This document shows, one piece after another, positions 38,884 to 50,600 of a stretch of DNA of 64,000 bases. The notes under the pieces were generated by a model. The model was not told the DNA's origin. It saw only the letters and a list, made by a program, of their open reading frames with translations, and ran no database searches. How positions within the stretch are numbered: position 1 is the first letter of the stretch; each line of letters opens with the position of its first letter. The position numbers and the translations under genes were made by a program. This DNA is from Candidatus Omnitrophota bacterium. GTDB lineage: Bacteria; Omnitrophota; Gorgyraeia; 2-01-FULL-45-10. The stretch is taken from positions 13,091-77,090 of the forward strand of contig JAPLME010000008.1 of NCBI GenBank assembly GCA_026387175.1. Reading direction: 5' to 3'.

Positions 38884-40335
38884 GTGAAGGTATATAATTC
38901 GCTCACAAGGAAGAAAGAAGAACTTGTGACGATAGCGAAGGATAAAGTAGGCATATATGTTTGCGGCCCCACCGTATATGACGAACCTCATATAGGACAC
39001 GCCAGGAGCGCTTACATATTCGATGTCATAAGACGTTACTTGAAGCACAAGGGCTACCAGGTGAAATTTGTGCGTAACGTCACGGATGTCGACGACAAGA
39101 TTATCAATAAGGCTAAAGAAGCTGTCAGCCATCAGCCATCAGCTTTCAGCTTGGTGGAGGCCTCGAAAGAGGTCTCGAAGAAATACCTCGACTCATACCA
39201 TCGCGACATGGATCTCCTTGGCATCGGCCATCCCGATAAAGAACCAAAAGCCACAGAGTATATTCCGAAGATGATACGGTTCATCGAGAACCTGATAGAG
39301 AGGGAGGCCGCTTATATTGCCGATGGAGACGTATATTTTGATATAAAGAAAGCGAAAGATTACGGTAAGCTCTCCAATCAGAATATAGAGAAGATGGAGA
39401 CGGGCGCCCGTATTTTGCCGGGAGAGAAGAAGAAGGATGGCCTGGATTTCGCCCTCTGGAAAAGCGCAAAAGAGGGCGAGCCCTGTTGGGACAGCCCGTG
39501 GGGAAAAGGGCGGCCCGGATGGCATATCGAATGCTCGGTTATGAGCTCCGATATCCTTGGGGATGAATTCGATATACACGGCGGCGGTATAGACCTTATA
39601 TTCCCCCATCATGAGAATGAAGTGGCGCAGTCCGAAGGAGCCGGCAAGGCTTTCGCGCGTTATTGGATGCATAATGGTCTATTAACTATCGATAGCGAGA
39701 AGATGGCGAAGTCCCTTGGCAATTTCATATCCATCCAGGATTTCATGAAGAAATATAAAGACGCGGATTATCTGAAGCTGTTATTCCTGAATACGCACTA
39801 CCGCCATCCCGTCGACTACACCGAAGAAAAGATAGGCGAGATGAAGGCCCAGAAGGAAAGGTTCGCCATTCTTTTTGATAAGATCGACAGGATCGCGAAA
39901 GCGGCCCCGGGCCTCCGGGATGCGGCAACCCGGGCTGCGGGCGAGGGGGATGAATTCAGGAAGAAATTCGATGAGGCCATGGACGATGATTTCAATACGC
40001 CTCTTGCGCTCGCGTCGCTATTCGACATCGTGACATCCGCTAATAAATTGATGCAGGATAAAGACGATTTCACCCGGGGCGAGATAGAAGAATTATTGGC
40101 CATCAAGAAACTCATAGCGGACCTTGGCGCTGTGCTCGCGCTCGATCTCGAAAAAGACCTCACCAGACAAGACGTCGACGAGGCTAAGATCCTTCGGCTC
40201 ATCGAAGAGAGAAATACCGCCCGGGATAATAGAGATTTTAAGACCGCGGATCATATACGAAAGAAGTTATCGGAAGAGATGGGCGTTATTCTCGAGGATG
40301 AAAAAGGCGGCACCGTATGGCGAAGAAGAACTTAA
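38884..40335 (+). CDS. cysS: Cysteine--tRNA ligase
   Basis: CGPTVY, HIGH, GRPGWHIECS, KMAKS. Confidence 0.97.
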   Translation: MKVYNSLTRKKEELVTIAKDKVGIYVCGPTVYDEPHIGHARSAYIFDVIRRYLKHKGYQVKFVRNVTDVDDKIINKAKEAVSHQPSAFSLVEASKEVSKKYLDSYHRDMDLLGIGHPDKEPKATEYIPKMIRFIENLIEREAAYIADGDVYFDIKKAKDYGKLSNQNIEKMETGARILPGEKKKDGLDFALWKSAKEGEPCWDSPWGKGRPGWHIECSVMSSDILGDEFDIHGGGIDLIFPHHENEVAQSEGAGKAFARYWMHNGLLTIDSEKMAKSLGNFISIQDFMKKYKDADYLKLLFLNTHYRHPVDYTEEKIGEMKAQKERFAILFDKIDRIAKAAPGLRDAATRAAGEGDEFRKKFDEAMDDDFNTPLALASLFDIVTSANKLMQDKDDFTRGEIEELLAIKKLIADLGAVLALDLEKDLTRQDVDEAKILRLIEERNTARDNRDFKTADHIRKKLSEEMGVILEDEKGGTVWRRRT

Positions 40336-40949
40336 AGCGCGGAATATTTATAACGTTCGAGGGCATAGAGGGCTGCGGCAAGAGCACGCAGTCGAAATTG
40401 CTTTACGACAGCTTAAAGGCCGCCGGATATGCTTGCGTATATACACGCGAGCCTGGAGGGACATCTCTCGGTGAAAAGATACGGGAGATTATTTTACATT
40501 CGGACGGCATAAAGATATCGGACCTGTCCGAGCTCTTTCTCTTCGAGGCCGCGCGCTCTCAAATAGTAAAAGAGGTAATATCTCCTGCTCGTAAAGCGAA
40601 TAAGATAGTCATCTGCGACCGTTTCAGCGATGCCACATTCAGCTACCAGGGCTATGGCGGGAAGATTCCGATAGAGATAATAAAAATTCTGGACCATGTC
40701 GCGACAGCCGGGCTAAAACCTGATCTTACGATACTTCTTGACGTGGATACGCTGACGGGCCTCGAGCGCGCCAAGCGGAAAGGCACCGACAGGATGGAGA
40801 AGAAAGATATTGCTTACCATAAGAGGGTGCGCTCCGGCTACCTGGACCTTGCCCGTCGTTATCATAAAAGAATAAAGGTTATCAGGACCTCCGGTACTAT
40901 TGAAATGACCCGGCGTGCGGTGGCCTTGGAGGTGAAGCATGTCATTTAA
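40317..40949 (+). CDS. tmk: Thymidylate kinase
   Basis: FEGIEGCGKSTQ, REPGG, CDRF..YQG. Confidence 0.95.
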   Translation: MAKKNLKRGIFITFEGIEGCGKSTQSKLLYDSLKAAGYACVYTREPGGTSLGEKIREIILHSDGIKISDLSELFLFEAARSQIVKEVISPARKANKIVICDRFSDATFSYQGYGGKIPIEIIKILDHVATAGLKPDLTILLDVDTLTGLERAKRKGTDRMEKKDIAYHKRVRSGYLDLARRYHKRIKVIRTSGTIEMTRRAVALEVKHVI

Positions 40950-41931
40950 TCCACACGTGACCGAAGGGAGGAAGCCCCGCGGGGGCTTCACAGATATAAG
41001 AGGCCATGACGCGGCAATATCTTTTCTTAAAAGATCCGCCTGTAGCGGAAGGTTAGCGAACGCCTATATTTTCTGCGGTCCCGGCGGCATAGGCAAAAAG
41101 CTCACGGCACTCAATTTTGCGAAGATGGTGAATTGCCTGGAACCGAATGAAGGACTGGGGTGCGACAACTGCTCTTCCTGTAAAAAGATAGACTCGTTTA
41201 ATCATCCGGATGTGCATTTAGTGGCCCCGGACAAGAAAGGCGCGTCGGTAAAGATAGACAACATCAGGGCTATCATAAAAGATATCGGTTTAAAATCGTA
41301 TGAAGCGAAGACGAAATTTTATATAGTAGACTCGGCCGACAGCCTTACCGAGGAAGCGGCTAACGCGCTCTTAAAAACACTCGAAGAGCCTTCCGGCGAT
41401 TCAACGCTTATCCTGATAACGGAAAACCCCAGACGGCTGGCTCCGACCATAAGATCGCGTTGTCAGTTCGTGAAGTTTCTTCCGCTCGATGCGGCGACCG
41501 TCGAAGAGATATTGGCTGTATCGCATAATGTGGATAGGGTGAAGGCGCGTGTGCTCGCGAAGATCTCCTGCGGTAGAGTCAGCGAAGCGCTTGAGTTGAA
41601 CGATGAAGACTACTTTAATAAAAGAGAACATATAATAAAAACGCTCTTATCCAGAACTTTGTCGGATCTGGAGTTCGACAAGGTATCCAAGGTTGATATG
41701 AAGGCTATCCTGAACATAATGCTGACATGGTATCGTGACATACTGGCGGCAAAAGCTGGCGGCCAAGATTTTGTGAATATTGACAAAAGAGATCTCGTTT
41801 TAATCGAGGCGGGTAAAACAGGTTTCGAGAAATTGGATAATCTCTTAAAAGGCATAATTTCGACTCAAGGTTATTTAGATCAGAACGCTAATCCCAAGCT
41901 TGCCATGACGGCGCTGGGATTGATGTTGTAA
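40939..41931 (+). CDS. holB: DNA polymerase III delta' subunit
   Basis: GPGGIGK, C..C..C..HPD, ANALLKTLEEP, TIRSRC; follows tmk. Confidence 0.94.
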   Translation: MSFNPHVTEGRKPRGGFTDIRGHDAAISFLKRSACSGRLANAYIFCGPGGIGKKLTALNFAKMVNCLEPNEGLGCDNCSSCKKIDSFNHPDVHLVAPDKKGASVKIDNIRAIIKDIGLKSYEAKTKFYIVDSADSLTEEAANALLKTLEEPSGDSTLILITENPRRLAPTIRSRCQFVKFLPLDAATVEEILAVSHNVDRVKARVLAKISCGRVSEALELNDEDYFNKREHIIKTLLSRTLSDLEFDKVSKVDMKAILNIMLTWYRDILAAKAGGQDFVNIDKRDLVLIEAGKTGFEKLDNLLKGIISTQGYLDQNANPKLAMTALGLML

Positions 41932-41940
41932 GGAGCACAT

Positions 41941-42726
41941 ATGCATGAAGTGATACAGGTAAAATTAAGAGAGTCCGGTAAGATCACATATTTCTCTACG
42001 GGTGGGGTGATTTTTAAGGCCGGCGATTACGTTATAGTCGAAGCCGACAGGGGGCTTGATTACGGGCAGGTATTGTCAGAGACCGAGGCGATCGTCGATT
42101 CCGATCTCGAAGAGCCTTTGCGAAAAATTATACGTAAAGCAAACCCGTGGGACATGAACCAGGTCGACAAGAACAAGAAGAAGATAAGAGAGGTCATGGA
42201 ATCCTGTTCCAAAAAGATAAAGGACAGGAAGCTCGCAATGAAGCTGATCTACGCCGAGTTCTCCTTCGACCGCTCAAAGATAGTCTTCTATTTCACCTCA
42301 GAGGGAAGGGTCGATTTTAGGGATCTGGTGAAGGACCTCGCAAGCGCTTTTAAGACCAGGATAGAGCTTAAGCAGATAGGCGTGAGGGACGAGGCGAAGA
42401 TGCTGGGAGGCCTGGGCCCATGCGGAAGGGCGCTCTGCTGCGCGACTCATCTTAAAGATTTTGAGCCCGTGACCATAAAGATGGCGAAGGAGCAGAACCT
42501 GCCGCTCAACCCGACTAAGATATCGGGCCTCTGCGGACGGCTCATGTGCTGCCTCGGATACGAGTATAGTACGTATAAAGACCTGATGAAGGGCCTTCCA
42601 CGAGAAGGAGAGATGATAAAAACTCCGAAGGGTAACGGCAAAGTGATAAGCATAAATGCGTTAAGACGCGCCGCGATGGTAGAGCTTGAGGATGGAAGCC
42701 AGATAGAAGTGCCATACAATAAATAA
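41941..42726 (+). CDS. PSP1/YaaT (RicT) family protein
   Basis: RVDFRDLV, RIELKQIG.RD, GPCGR.LCC, SGLCGRLMCCL.YE. Confidence 0.93.
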   Translation: MHEVIQVKLRESGKITYFSTGGVIFKAGDYVIVEADRGLDYGQVLSETEAIVDSDLEEPLRKIIRKANPWDMNQVDKNKKKIREVMESCSKKIKDRKLAMKLIYAEFSFDRSKIVFYFTSEGRVDFRDLVKDLASAFKTRIELKQIGVRDEAKMLGGLGPCGRALCCATHLKDFEPVTIKMAKEQNLPLNPTKISGLCGRLMCCLGYEYSTYKDLMKGLPREGEMIKTPKGNGKVISINALRRAAMVELEDGSQIEVPYNK

Positions 42727-42740
42727 ACTCCAGGGATAAG

Positions 42741-44303
42741 ATGTCTAAAAAATACTACATAACCACTCCGCTTTACTATGTAAATTCCAAACCGCACATA
42801 GGGCACTCCTACACTCAGGTAGCCTGCGATACGCTGGCGAGATTCCTGCGCCAGAGCGCGCGCGACGTATTCTTTATGACCGGCACCGATGAGCATGGCG
42901 AGAAGATCGAGAAAGCCACGATCGCCGCAGGCCTTAAAGAAGGCGAAGAACAGAAATTCGTAGATGGGATCGTCCCCGTATTTAAGGGTCTCTGGGAAAA
43001 GCTTAATATCAAATACGATTACTTTATCCGCACCACAGACGCCTATCACATAAATACGGTACAGTCTTTCCTCGATAGGCTGTACAAGGACGGGAAGATA
43101 TATAAGAAGGATTATAAGGGATGGTTTTGCACGCCCTGCGAGACTTTCTGGACCCATACCCAGAGTCCCGACGGTATCTGCCCCGACTGCAAGCGTCCGC
43201 TCGAGAAACTCGATGAGTCAAATTATTTCCTTAAGACATCGGAGCATCAGAAGTGGCTCATTGATCATATAAATAATAATCCCGGCTTTATAAAACCCGA
43301 CTTCCGGAAGAATGAAGTGCTGGGATTTCTTAAGAATGAGGAACTCATGGATCTGTGCGTCACCAGGCCGAAGGCGAGGATGAGCTGGGGCATAGAGGTG
43401 CCTTTCGACAAAGACTATGTCACATATGTATGGTTCGACGCGCTCATCAATTACGTATCCGGGATAGGCTATCCGCACGACATGGAAAGGTTTGTGCAGA
43501 TGTGGCCCGCCGATGTCCATGTAATAGGCAAAGATATACTGAGGCATCATGCTGTATACTGGACGATAATGCTGCATGCGCTCGGTCTAGAGTTGCCGAA
43601 GACGATATTCGCGCACGGGTGGTGGGTAATAAAGGGCGAGAAGATGTCGAAGTCGAAAGGTAATGTCGTAGATCCGATCGATATCGTTTCGCGGTTCGGA
43701 GTGGATCCGTACAGGTATTTTCTTTTGAGAGAAGTGCAATTCGGAATGGACGGGACATTCAGCGAAGAGGCACTCATCACCAGATATAACAGCGATCTTG
43801 CCAATGACATCGGGAATTTACTTAGCAGGACTCTCACAATGGCGGATAAATATTTTGCGGGCGTTGTCCCTGACGTATCAAATATAAAAATTAATAATTC
43901 CGCAGCCGAAGAGATAAGGACCAAAGCGATACAAGCTGCTCACGAAATGGAGAACTTGATTCCGAATTTCGATTTCGCCACCGCTCTGGCCAGGATATGG
44001 GAAGTGATAGGCTTATCTAATAAATTTATTGAGAATTCAAAGCCCTGGACACTTGCAAAAGAGAAGAAAGAGGACGAACTGGCGCTGGTGATCTACACGC
44101 TTTTGGAGGCGTTAAGAATAGTGGCCATAGAGATATATCCGTTTATGCCCGAAACCTCGGAAAAGATGCTCACGCAATTAGGGGTGAAAGAGAAAGCCGA
44201 TAATCTATTTTCTAACGCAAAAATCTGGGGCAAACTTGCCAGTGGTATAAAAGTCAGCAAGTCCGGCCCACTCTTTCCGCGTATCAATACTAAGCATGAT
44301 TAG
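42741..44303 (+). CDS. metG: Methionine--tRNA ligase, short form without C-terminal tRNA-binding domain
   Basis: HIGH, GTDEHG, YVWFDAL, KMSKS; ends at LFPRI. Confidence 0.96.
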   Translation: MSKKYYITTPLYYVNSKPHIGHSYTQVACDTLARFLRQSARDVFFMTGTDEHGEKIEKATIAAGLKEGEEQKFVDGIVPVFKGLWEKLNIKYDYFIRTTDAYHINTVQSFLDRLYKDGKIYKKDYKGWFCTPCETFWTHTQSPDGICPDCKRPLEKLDESNYFLKTSEHQKWLIDHINNNPGFIKPDFRKNEVLGFLKNEELMDLCVTRPKARMSWGIEVPFDKDYVTYVWFDALINYVSGIGYPHDMERFVQMWPADVHVIGKDILRHHAVYWTIMLHALGLELPKTIFAHGWWVIKGEKMSKSKGNVVDPIDIVSRFGVDPYRYFLLREVQFGMDGTFSEEALITRYNSDLANDIGNLLSRTLTMADKYFAGVVPDVSNIKINNSAAEEIRTKAIQAAHEMENLIPNFDFATALARIWEVIGLSNKFIENSKPWTLAKEKKEDELALVIYTLLEALRIVAIEIYPFMPETSEKMLTQLGVKEKADNLFSNAKIWGKLASGIKVSKSGPLFPRINTKHD

Positions 44304-44307
44304 TAGG

Positions 44308-44367
44308 AAAAAATAGGGACTGTCCCCAGACCGTAATCTAAGCGAGGTGGGGACTGTCCCATTTTTT
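44308..44367. repeat. REP-like element with two GGGACTGTCCC palindromes
   Basis: AAAAAATAGGGACTGTCCCC...GGGGACTGTCCCATTTTTT; the arms are inverted repeats of each other. Confidence 0.7.
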
Positions 44368-44389
44368 CCAAGCAATCTTCTTCTAGCTA

Positions 44390-44609
44390 TTGACATTCTG
44401 GTATTATATGATATACTTAAGTTAGGATAAAGGTTGTTATAAGTGTGTGTTTTTATGCAGTATCCCGCCTTAAATAAATAAATCAAAACGATTAACCAAA
44501 GGGGTTAGTGTAGCTATAATAACGTTTAACATGCTCAGGGTTTATTCATGTTAAGCGCTAAAAAAGATAGCTATGCTTCTATTGACTTAACCACTCCATA
44601 TGCTATACT
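44390..44609 (+). promoter_or_regulatory. Three tandem sigma70-type promoters upstream of giant gene 2
   Basis: TTGACA-N16-TATACT (44390-44417), TTAACC-N17-TATAAT (44492-44520) and TTGACT-N16-TATACT (44582-44609); the last is preceded by AAAAAAGATAGCTAT. Confidence 0.65.
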
Positions 44610-44616
44610 GAATACT

Positions 44617-47600
44617 ATGTATATCTTCAAAATGCAGTATAGTATTCTATTTAGAGCTATAGCGCTATTTGTCGCATGTTTATTCCTGGCCAATGATATA
44701 AGTTGGGCTGTTCCTTCCAGTTATTCAAATTATTTAGAAACTACTACCACTCTTGCCGTAGAATCCAGGCTCAAACCTTTCTTCGAAAAACACGGTTTAG
44801 ATTTCCAGAATATGTTTAGCGTATATTGTGTAACTGCTGAACTGCGAAACCTGATCATGAAGAGAGAAGTAAGAGATAGCGATATTGTAAGGCTGAACAG
44901 GAATTTACCCCAAGATGAAATCCAGATAGAAAGAGAAACCGTAAAATCCAAATTCATTAAAGCCGCTTCCTTTGAGTCTACCGGAAAAGATTACAAATAC
45001 GCTATCCTCAATTTTAAAAAATCCGGAAAGCGGATTAAAATGGCATTTGTCGACAGTAAACTCGAAAGCAGTGAGCGATTAGAGCTCGGGATCAAAACCG
45101 AAAATGATATAGATCATTTTTCTAGTCCAGGCCTTGAGGGAGTCTGGTTTATTAATATTAAGCCTTCATCGAACTTCGGTTCTGGAAATGCAGCGCAGAC
45201 CATTTATGAAATGCTATCTTCTTACGGTGATAAAGAAGACATTCTGTCTGATCATGGCAAGAGGGTGCTTGCCTGTATACGAGACGGCTCTGTTTCATCT
45301 GATATTCTAGGTTTTGATATCAATAAGCTTCGCGGCTCAACGTTGCCGCAGGCCATCGAGCAGTTGGTCTTGCCGGTGGAACATGGTGGCTTAAATAACG
45401 GCAAAAACTCTTTCTTCATATCGCCCGAAGAATATCTTGAAAAGAACCCACAATGGGCGTCTTCAAGATTTTCAATCTTCCCCAAATCGATTCGATTGGT
45501 AAAAGGTTGTAATAATGATTGCCTCTTTTGCCTGGCTGAGGGACGTAGATCTGTTCAGTCTCTACCTTACCCGATTGCCGCACAGCGCATTCTACGAACA
45601 CATTTTAAAAGGGATGGTATGAGAGGTCGAGCAAGAGCTGTAGCCTATTACCACGGAGATGAGGATATTTTTCACTATATCGATAAAATATGCGGCGCCA
45701 ATATAGCTGACCTGATCTCCTTTGAGCAAAAATTCCCGAGTCCAGTCCGATTTTATACCGAAATGTACACGGCGGGATATTCTCCGTTCGACCCTTCGAT
45801 GGCGTATGTTAAAGATGCGATCGGACAATTACGGGGACAGAAGATCAATGAAAGAACGTACAGAATCTTTATCACATATCATCTATTCAGGCCTGAAATC
45901 GAAGAAGCGATTCTGCAAAAGGACAAAGGTAAGTTAATAAGGGCCGTGAGGGCGTATATGCGGATGTATAAAGAACTTTTTCTTTGCCAGCCCGGCCTGG
46001 AAGTATTGAATAGATCGGCTCTCGAAGAAGATGCGAACTCTTCAAGGGTCATAAAGACGATCGCCGCGATACAGGCTCAGGTGCTGAAGCATCTGAAGAA
46101 TGAAGATGAGACTAAAGAAGCATCTCCGGTATTCTATGATAGATGTATTAATTGGACGCGAGGCCATAAAGCGAAATCCGAGTTTGAGCGCCTGCGTAAA
46201 GCCGAATCCGAAGATCCTGAACTGACCGCCTTTTTAGATAGTTTGGTTATCGAAGAAATTGTGGCAGGATGGGGCGCCCCGCCGAACGCCGGCCCTGAAA
46301 GCCCAGCACAGAAAGGTATGTCCACACACGACACGCCCTCTATAGATACTGGTAAGCTTATTGAGGCAAACGAAGCGTTATCAAGAGTTGAAAATTACCT
46401 CAGATCCGATAAAATTGTTATTTTTGGGGATATGCATCGCGGAGAACTAAAGCCACAGGATGATGAAGTTTGGGATCGCGAACTTTTTCTCGATTATGTT
46501 GAACAGATGGGAAAGCTCTCGATGAATTTTTCGGTTGCGCTGGAGTTACCTTATCAACTCGAAGATAAACTTAACGATCCTTCCGTTTCAGTAGAAGAAT
46601 TTCTGGATGAATACTATAAACTTATAGCTAATGAATATTCTGATGAAATTACCAGAATAAATAGCGAAATACGAGGACCTTACTTATATCGGTTGTTAAC
46701 TGCTCTGAAACACTTCAAGATACCCGTTATTCTTATTGGTGACATTAATGGCCAGCTCAATGGCGGGTTTACAACCATAGATAGAATAGAACAATCCAAT
46801 GAAGATATGACGCGGAAACTTTTGGAAGGACGAAAGAAATATTCGAATGATTCTGTCTTAGTGATGGTAGGGAGAAACCATGTGGTGCCAAAGGTTAATC
46901 CTATCTGGCTCGGTGGGCGTGAGATAAATTCCATACCAGAAATGTTACGAGAGTCTGCAACCAATGTTAAATTAATCCGACCCGATGATATTCAACATGA
47001 CGAAGAGGATTTGGCGAAATTTGACCTGGTCATAAAAGTCGATGGGGAGCGCCAAAATGAATACCTGGCAAGGCAGAAAGACATGTCTATGCGTGATGCA
47101 TCTCCTATAGATAGAAACGGGCTCAGCTCTTTACTTTTTACGCGAAACCGAGATGGCGAGATATTTTTGAATATACCGGTTTTTGAAAAGATCGTTAATA
47201 GCGTTCATTCCAGCCGGGTTTTGGGTAGCGCGCGGTATTTATCTGATCTTGAGGGGTTTGTCCCGTTATCAAAATGTAAGAACGACATAGATATAATGCT
47301 ATTTAATCAGATTGGCGCAAAAGATAAGAGCGCGATAATAGCCAAACTTGTTACGGAACTTGAAAAATATGGAATTGTGAAGATAGGACAAAATGGGGAA
47401 TCCGTCACCGTAAGATTTCCCGGTTCCGAAGAGAACGCGGTCCTTCACATAACGGATCAATGGAATCTTAATACCATCATATACGATATTGTAAGATACC
47501 AAGGCAACTGTTTATCGATGCTGCAGAAAATAAGGGAAGGTGATATAGGGCCTTCCCTGTCGGATAAAACCGTAAAGATATACCTTTCGGTAAGCTACTA

Positions 47601-50600
47601 TTTTGGCGATCCTGAGCTTTACAGAAGTAGGCTACGGGAGTTTTTGGACTGCAAAAACGAACATGAATTTGAAAAACTAAAAGACATTATATTCCGTCAG
47701 GATTTGGATACCCTTGCCGAAAGAATGCACAGTCTTTTGGACGAAGAGAAGCTGGGGGTGGTAAGAGAACGGATTAATATGAAAGAGCCTTTAGAGTCTT
47801 CAAGAATGGGTACAAATTCAGCTTTGGATCTGACCGCGCTTGTTAATAAGTTGGTCGAGGAAATAAGCTCAAAGCAAGCACCCGAGTGGATGGCTCAAGC
47901 TTATCGGCCCGGGCGAGTACTTGTCAGCGCAGAGCGCGAAGGGAATGACACAATTGACGCCAAAATTAAACAGGCCAAACAGCATATTATGCTGGCCACA
48001 CAAGACCCTATTTTGCAAGCCAGGGCCGAACAAGCATTAGAGTTATTACGCCGACATCCACGAGTGCCTGAGCTCATGATTTTAGAGTTTGAAGGAGTTG
48101 CTCACCGTTTGATCAAACTTATTACAGGAAACGAACAGGCTTATCAGGAATACAAGAGAAAGCTGGATGAGGCGATCCAGCCTCTATATCTACAAATCCG
48201 TGATCAGATTCTCAAAATTCCAGATCGAAAGGAAGCGCTTCGTACTGCAGTAATTTACGCCGGTATTGTAAATCTTCTGGATATTACACATGCGGCTTCT
48301 ATACAGGAGATAGCTGATGGCCTAGGGGTAAAAATCGATTTTAGTAAAGGATTGCCTTCGCCTACAGATATTCAATATGTGCTCAATAAAGTATATGAAT
48401 ATGTTGTCAATGAAAAGGCTATTATTATCGATGAACTGGAAGATTTTCTGGCCCGTCTGGAAAAAAATCCGCCGGGAGGAACGATCCTTTACTTTACCGA
48501 TAATCATGGAGAGTTCACTTTCGATCAATTAGTTATCGAACAACTTCTCTTAGCCGGCTATAAGGTTGCCGTAGTTAGCCGCGGCGAGACCGTACGTGAT
48601 GACGTAACGCGGGATGAGGCTACCACGCTTTTGAAAGCTAACCCTAATTTTAGAGCTTTTTTTGCCGACGGCCGCCTAACTGTAACAACAGACGGTTCCT
48701 ACTTTCTCGGGGCAGATTTAAATCAGTCCACCCAGCACCCTGATTTTCTTGCCGCCTGGCGTCAATCCGTTGGATATATTTCCAAAGGTGCCGGGAACTT
48801 CCACACATTATTTGGTCAGCGCCTTTCTTTGCCTGGCCTTTATATTCGCATGATGAAAAAGTCACAAAATTCGTATCAACTTCTTGAAGAGGCACGCGGC
48901 CTGACATTTTCTAAAAAAACGCCGTATGATTTAGCATTAGTTTATCAGCCCGAGGTCTCTTCAAATGGAGTGTCCCCGCGCCCTGGATGGGCTCCGCTTG
49001 CTGGAACCGACGAGTCGACTATCTCTCGTTACGGTTTTCAAGGGAAGCTCATTGCGACGGATCTTGACGGGCTCTTTGAAAAAATCGGTGACATGGTTGC
49101 GGAAAAAGATGGCAGGCTCTTAGCCGTGGACGGGCTGGCTTCTGCGGGGAAAACGACACTGGTAAAAGGCAATAACGCGCTTCAGGTTAAAGGGCTTAAA
49201 ACATATCTGGAAAACCGGTTTGGCCGGCCGGTCATATGTCTTGAAAGAGATTGGTTCTTGAAAAGTCGAGAAGAACGAAAAGCTGTTTGTGCCCACCTGC
49301 ATCCCGATGAAATTTTTACAGAAGAAGCAGAAACACATTTTGATAATGAAGCCTATGTGCAAAAACTTACCGAAGTCCTTGAGTTTTTAAATACAAAAGG
49401 GCCTCCGGGAGAAACATATCAACTGAAAGGAAAGGCTTATAATTGGATTTCCGAAAAAGTAGATGCCGATCTTTCCGATATGGGTTATGTTCCGCCCATT
49501 CCCCGCAACGCCATAGTGATTGTTGAAGGACAACATACTCTTGCAAAAACAAATCCAGGCTTTTTTGACGTGAAAGTATTTGTCGATGTTGCGGATACTG
49601 GTAAGACTCTCGAGAGGGCTGTCCAAAAAGAAATGGGAAGGGATGAAGTTCGCCGGCGAAGCGCGGATGACATCAGAAAAAGAATGAGGCAAGTAGACAT
49701 CCCATCTTCTCGGGCGCTTCAGGAGCGCGGAAATTACATGGAGCATATGGACTTTGTTGTTATGAACGATGACCTTAGCCGACCGTTGATTTATCAATCC
49801 ATGGGAGGAGACGCTCTGCTGAAGGCAAATGAGGGCGATGTATCCTTGCCAATTTCTGGGAAAATTTCGCCTGCCGGGTCGATATATAGCGTATTCGAAT
49901 ATCTTTGCGAACATAATATAACGGATAAGTACCATGCTATCAGTGGCAACATACTGGCAAAAGCCGTAGGAGAGGAACATGTGGTAAGGCAGAAAGCCCT
50001 ATCTCCCAAAAGCATAGAAAGGGACCTGAGAGCATTATTGCGCCTGCGTCTTATTAAAAAAGGACCCAGGATCGGCACTGCTAAAGACGCGCCATATTAT
50101 GTTCCGGAAGCTGTTAAGAAGAAGGCCTATAGAATACTTCCTGTCCTTGAGCAATTCAGAGGCCGCGATCTCCGGCCTACAATACCCCGCCTTGATGATG
50201 TTTATAAAAATCAAATATTACCAATTCTTACAGAGTCCGATATCGGCAGCGCTACGCTGGCGTTCCGGTTAATGAATGCGTTGACATATGCAGATGTAAA
50301 AGAAGATTTTAATGTCATGGTTACTTATAAATGCCCTTTTAATTGCTCCCATTGTCTGGCGAAAGACGCACTAAGGGTTGGCAAGGGAAAGGATGCTGAA
50401 AAAGGCCAGTTGTTCGCGTTATTCGATCAGCTTAAAGGATTTAAGAGGATACACATCGTTGGTCCGGGTGAACCTCTGGCATATGGTAAAGATAAACTGC
50501 TAAAGCCCGGCATCAGTAAAGATTTTCTCGAGGTCATTCGATATGCCGCGGAACGTATAGAGGAAATTCGCATTGTCACTAACGGTTATCTTTTTCCGGA

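Noticed and set aside
44548-44616. ORF-track N-terminal extension MLSAKKDSYASIDLTTPYAILNT of giant protein 2
   Set aside because: It coincides with the conserved promoter (-35/-10), and the homologous DNA before giant gene 1 is not an in-frame coding extension; ATG 44617 aligns with ATG 9601.
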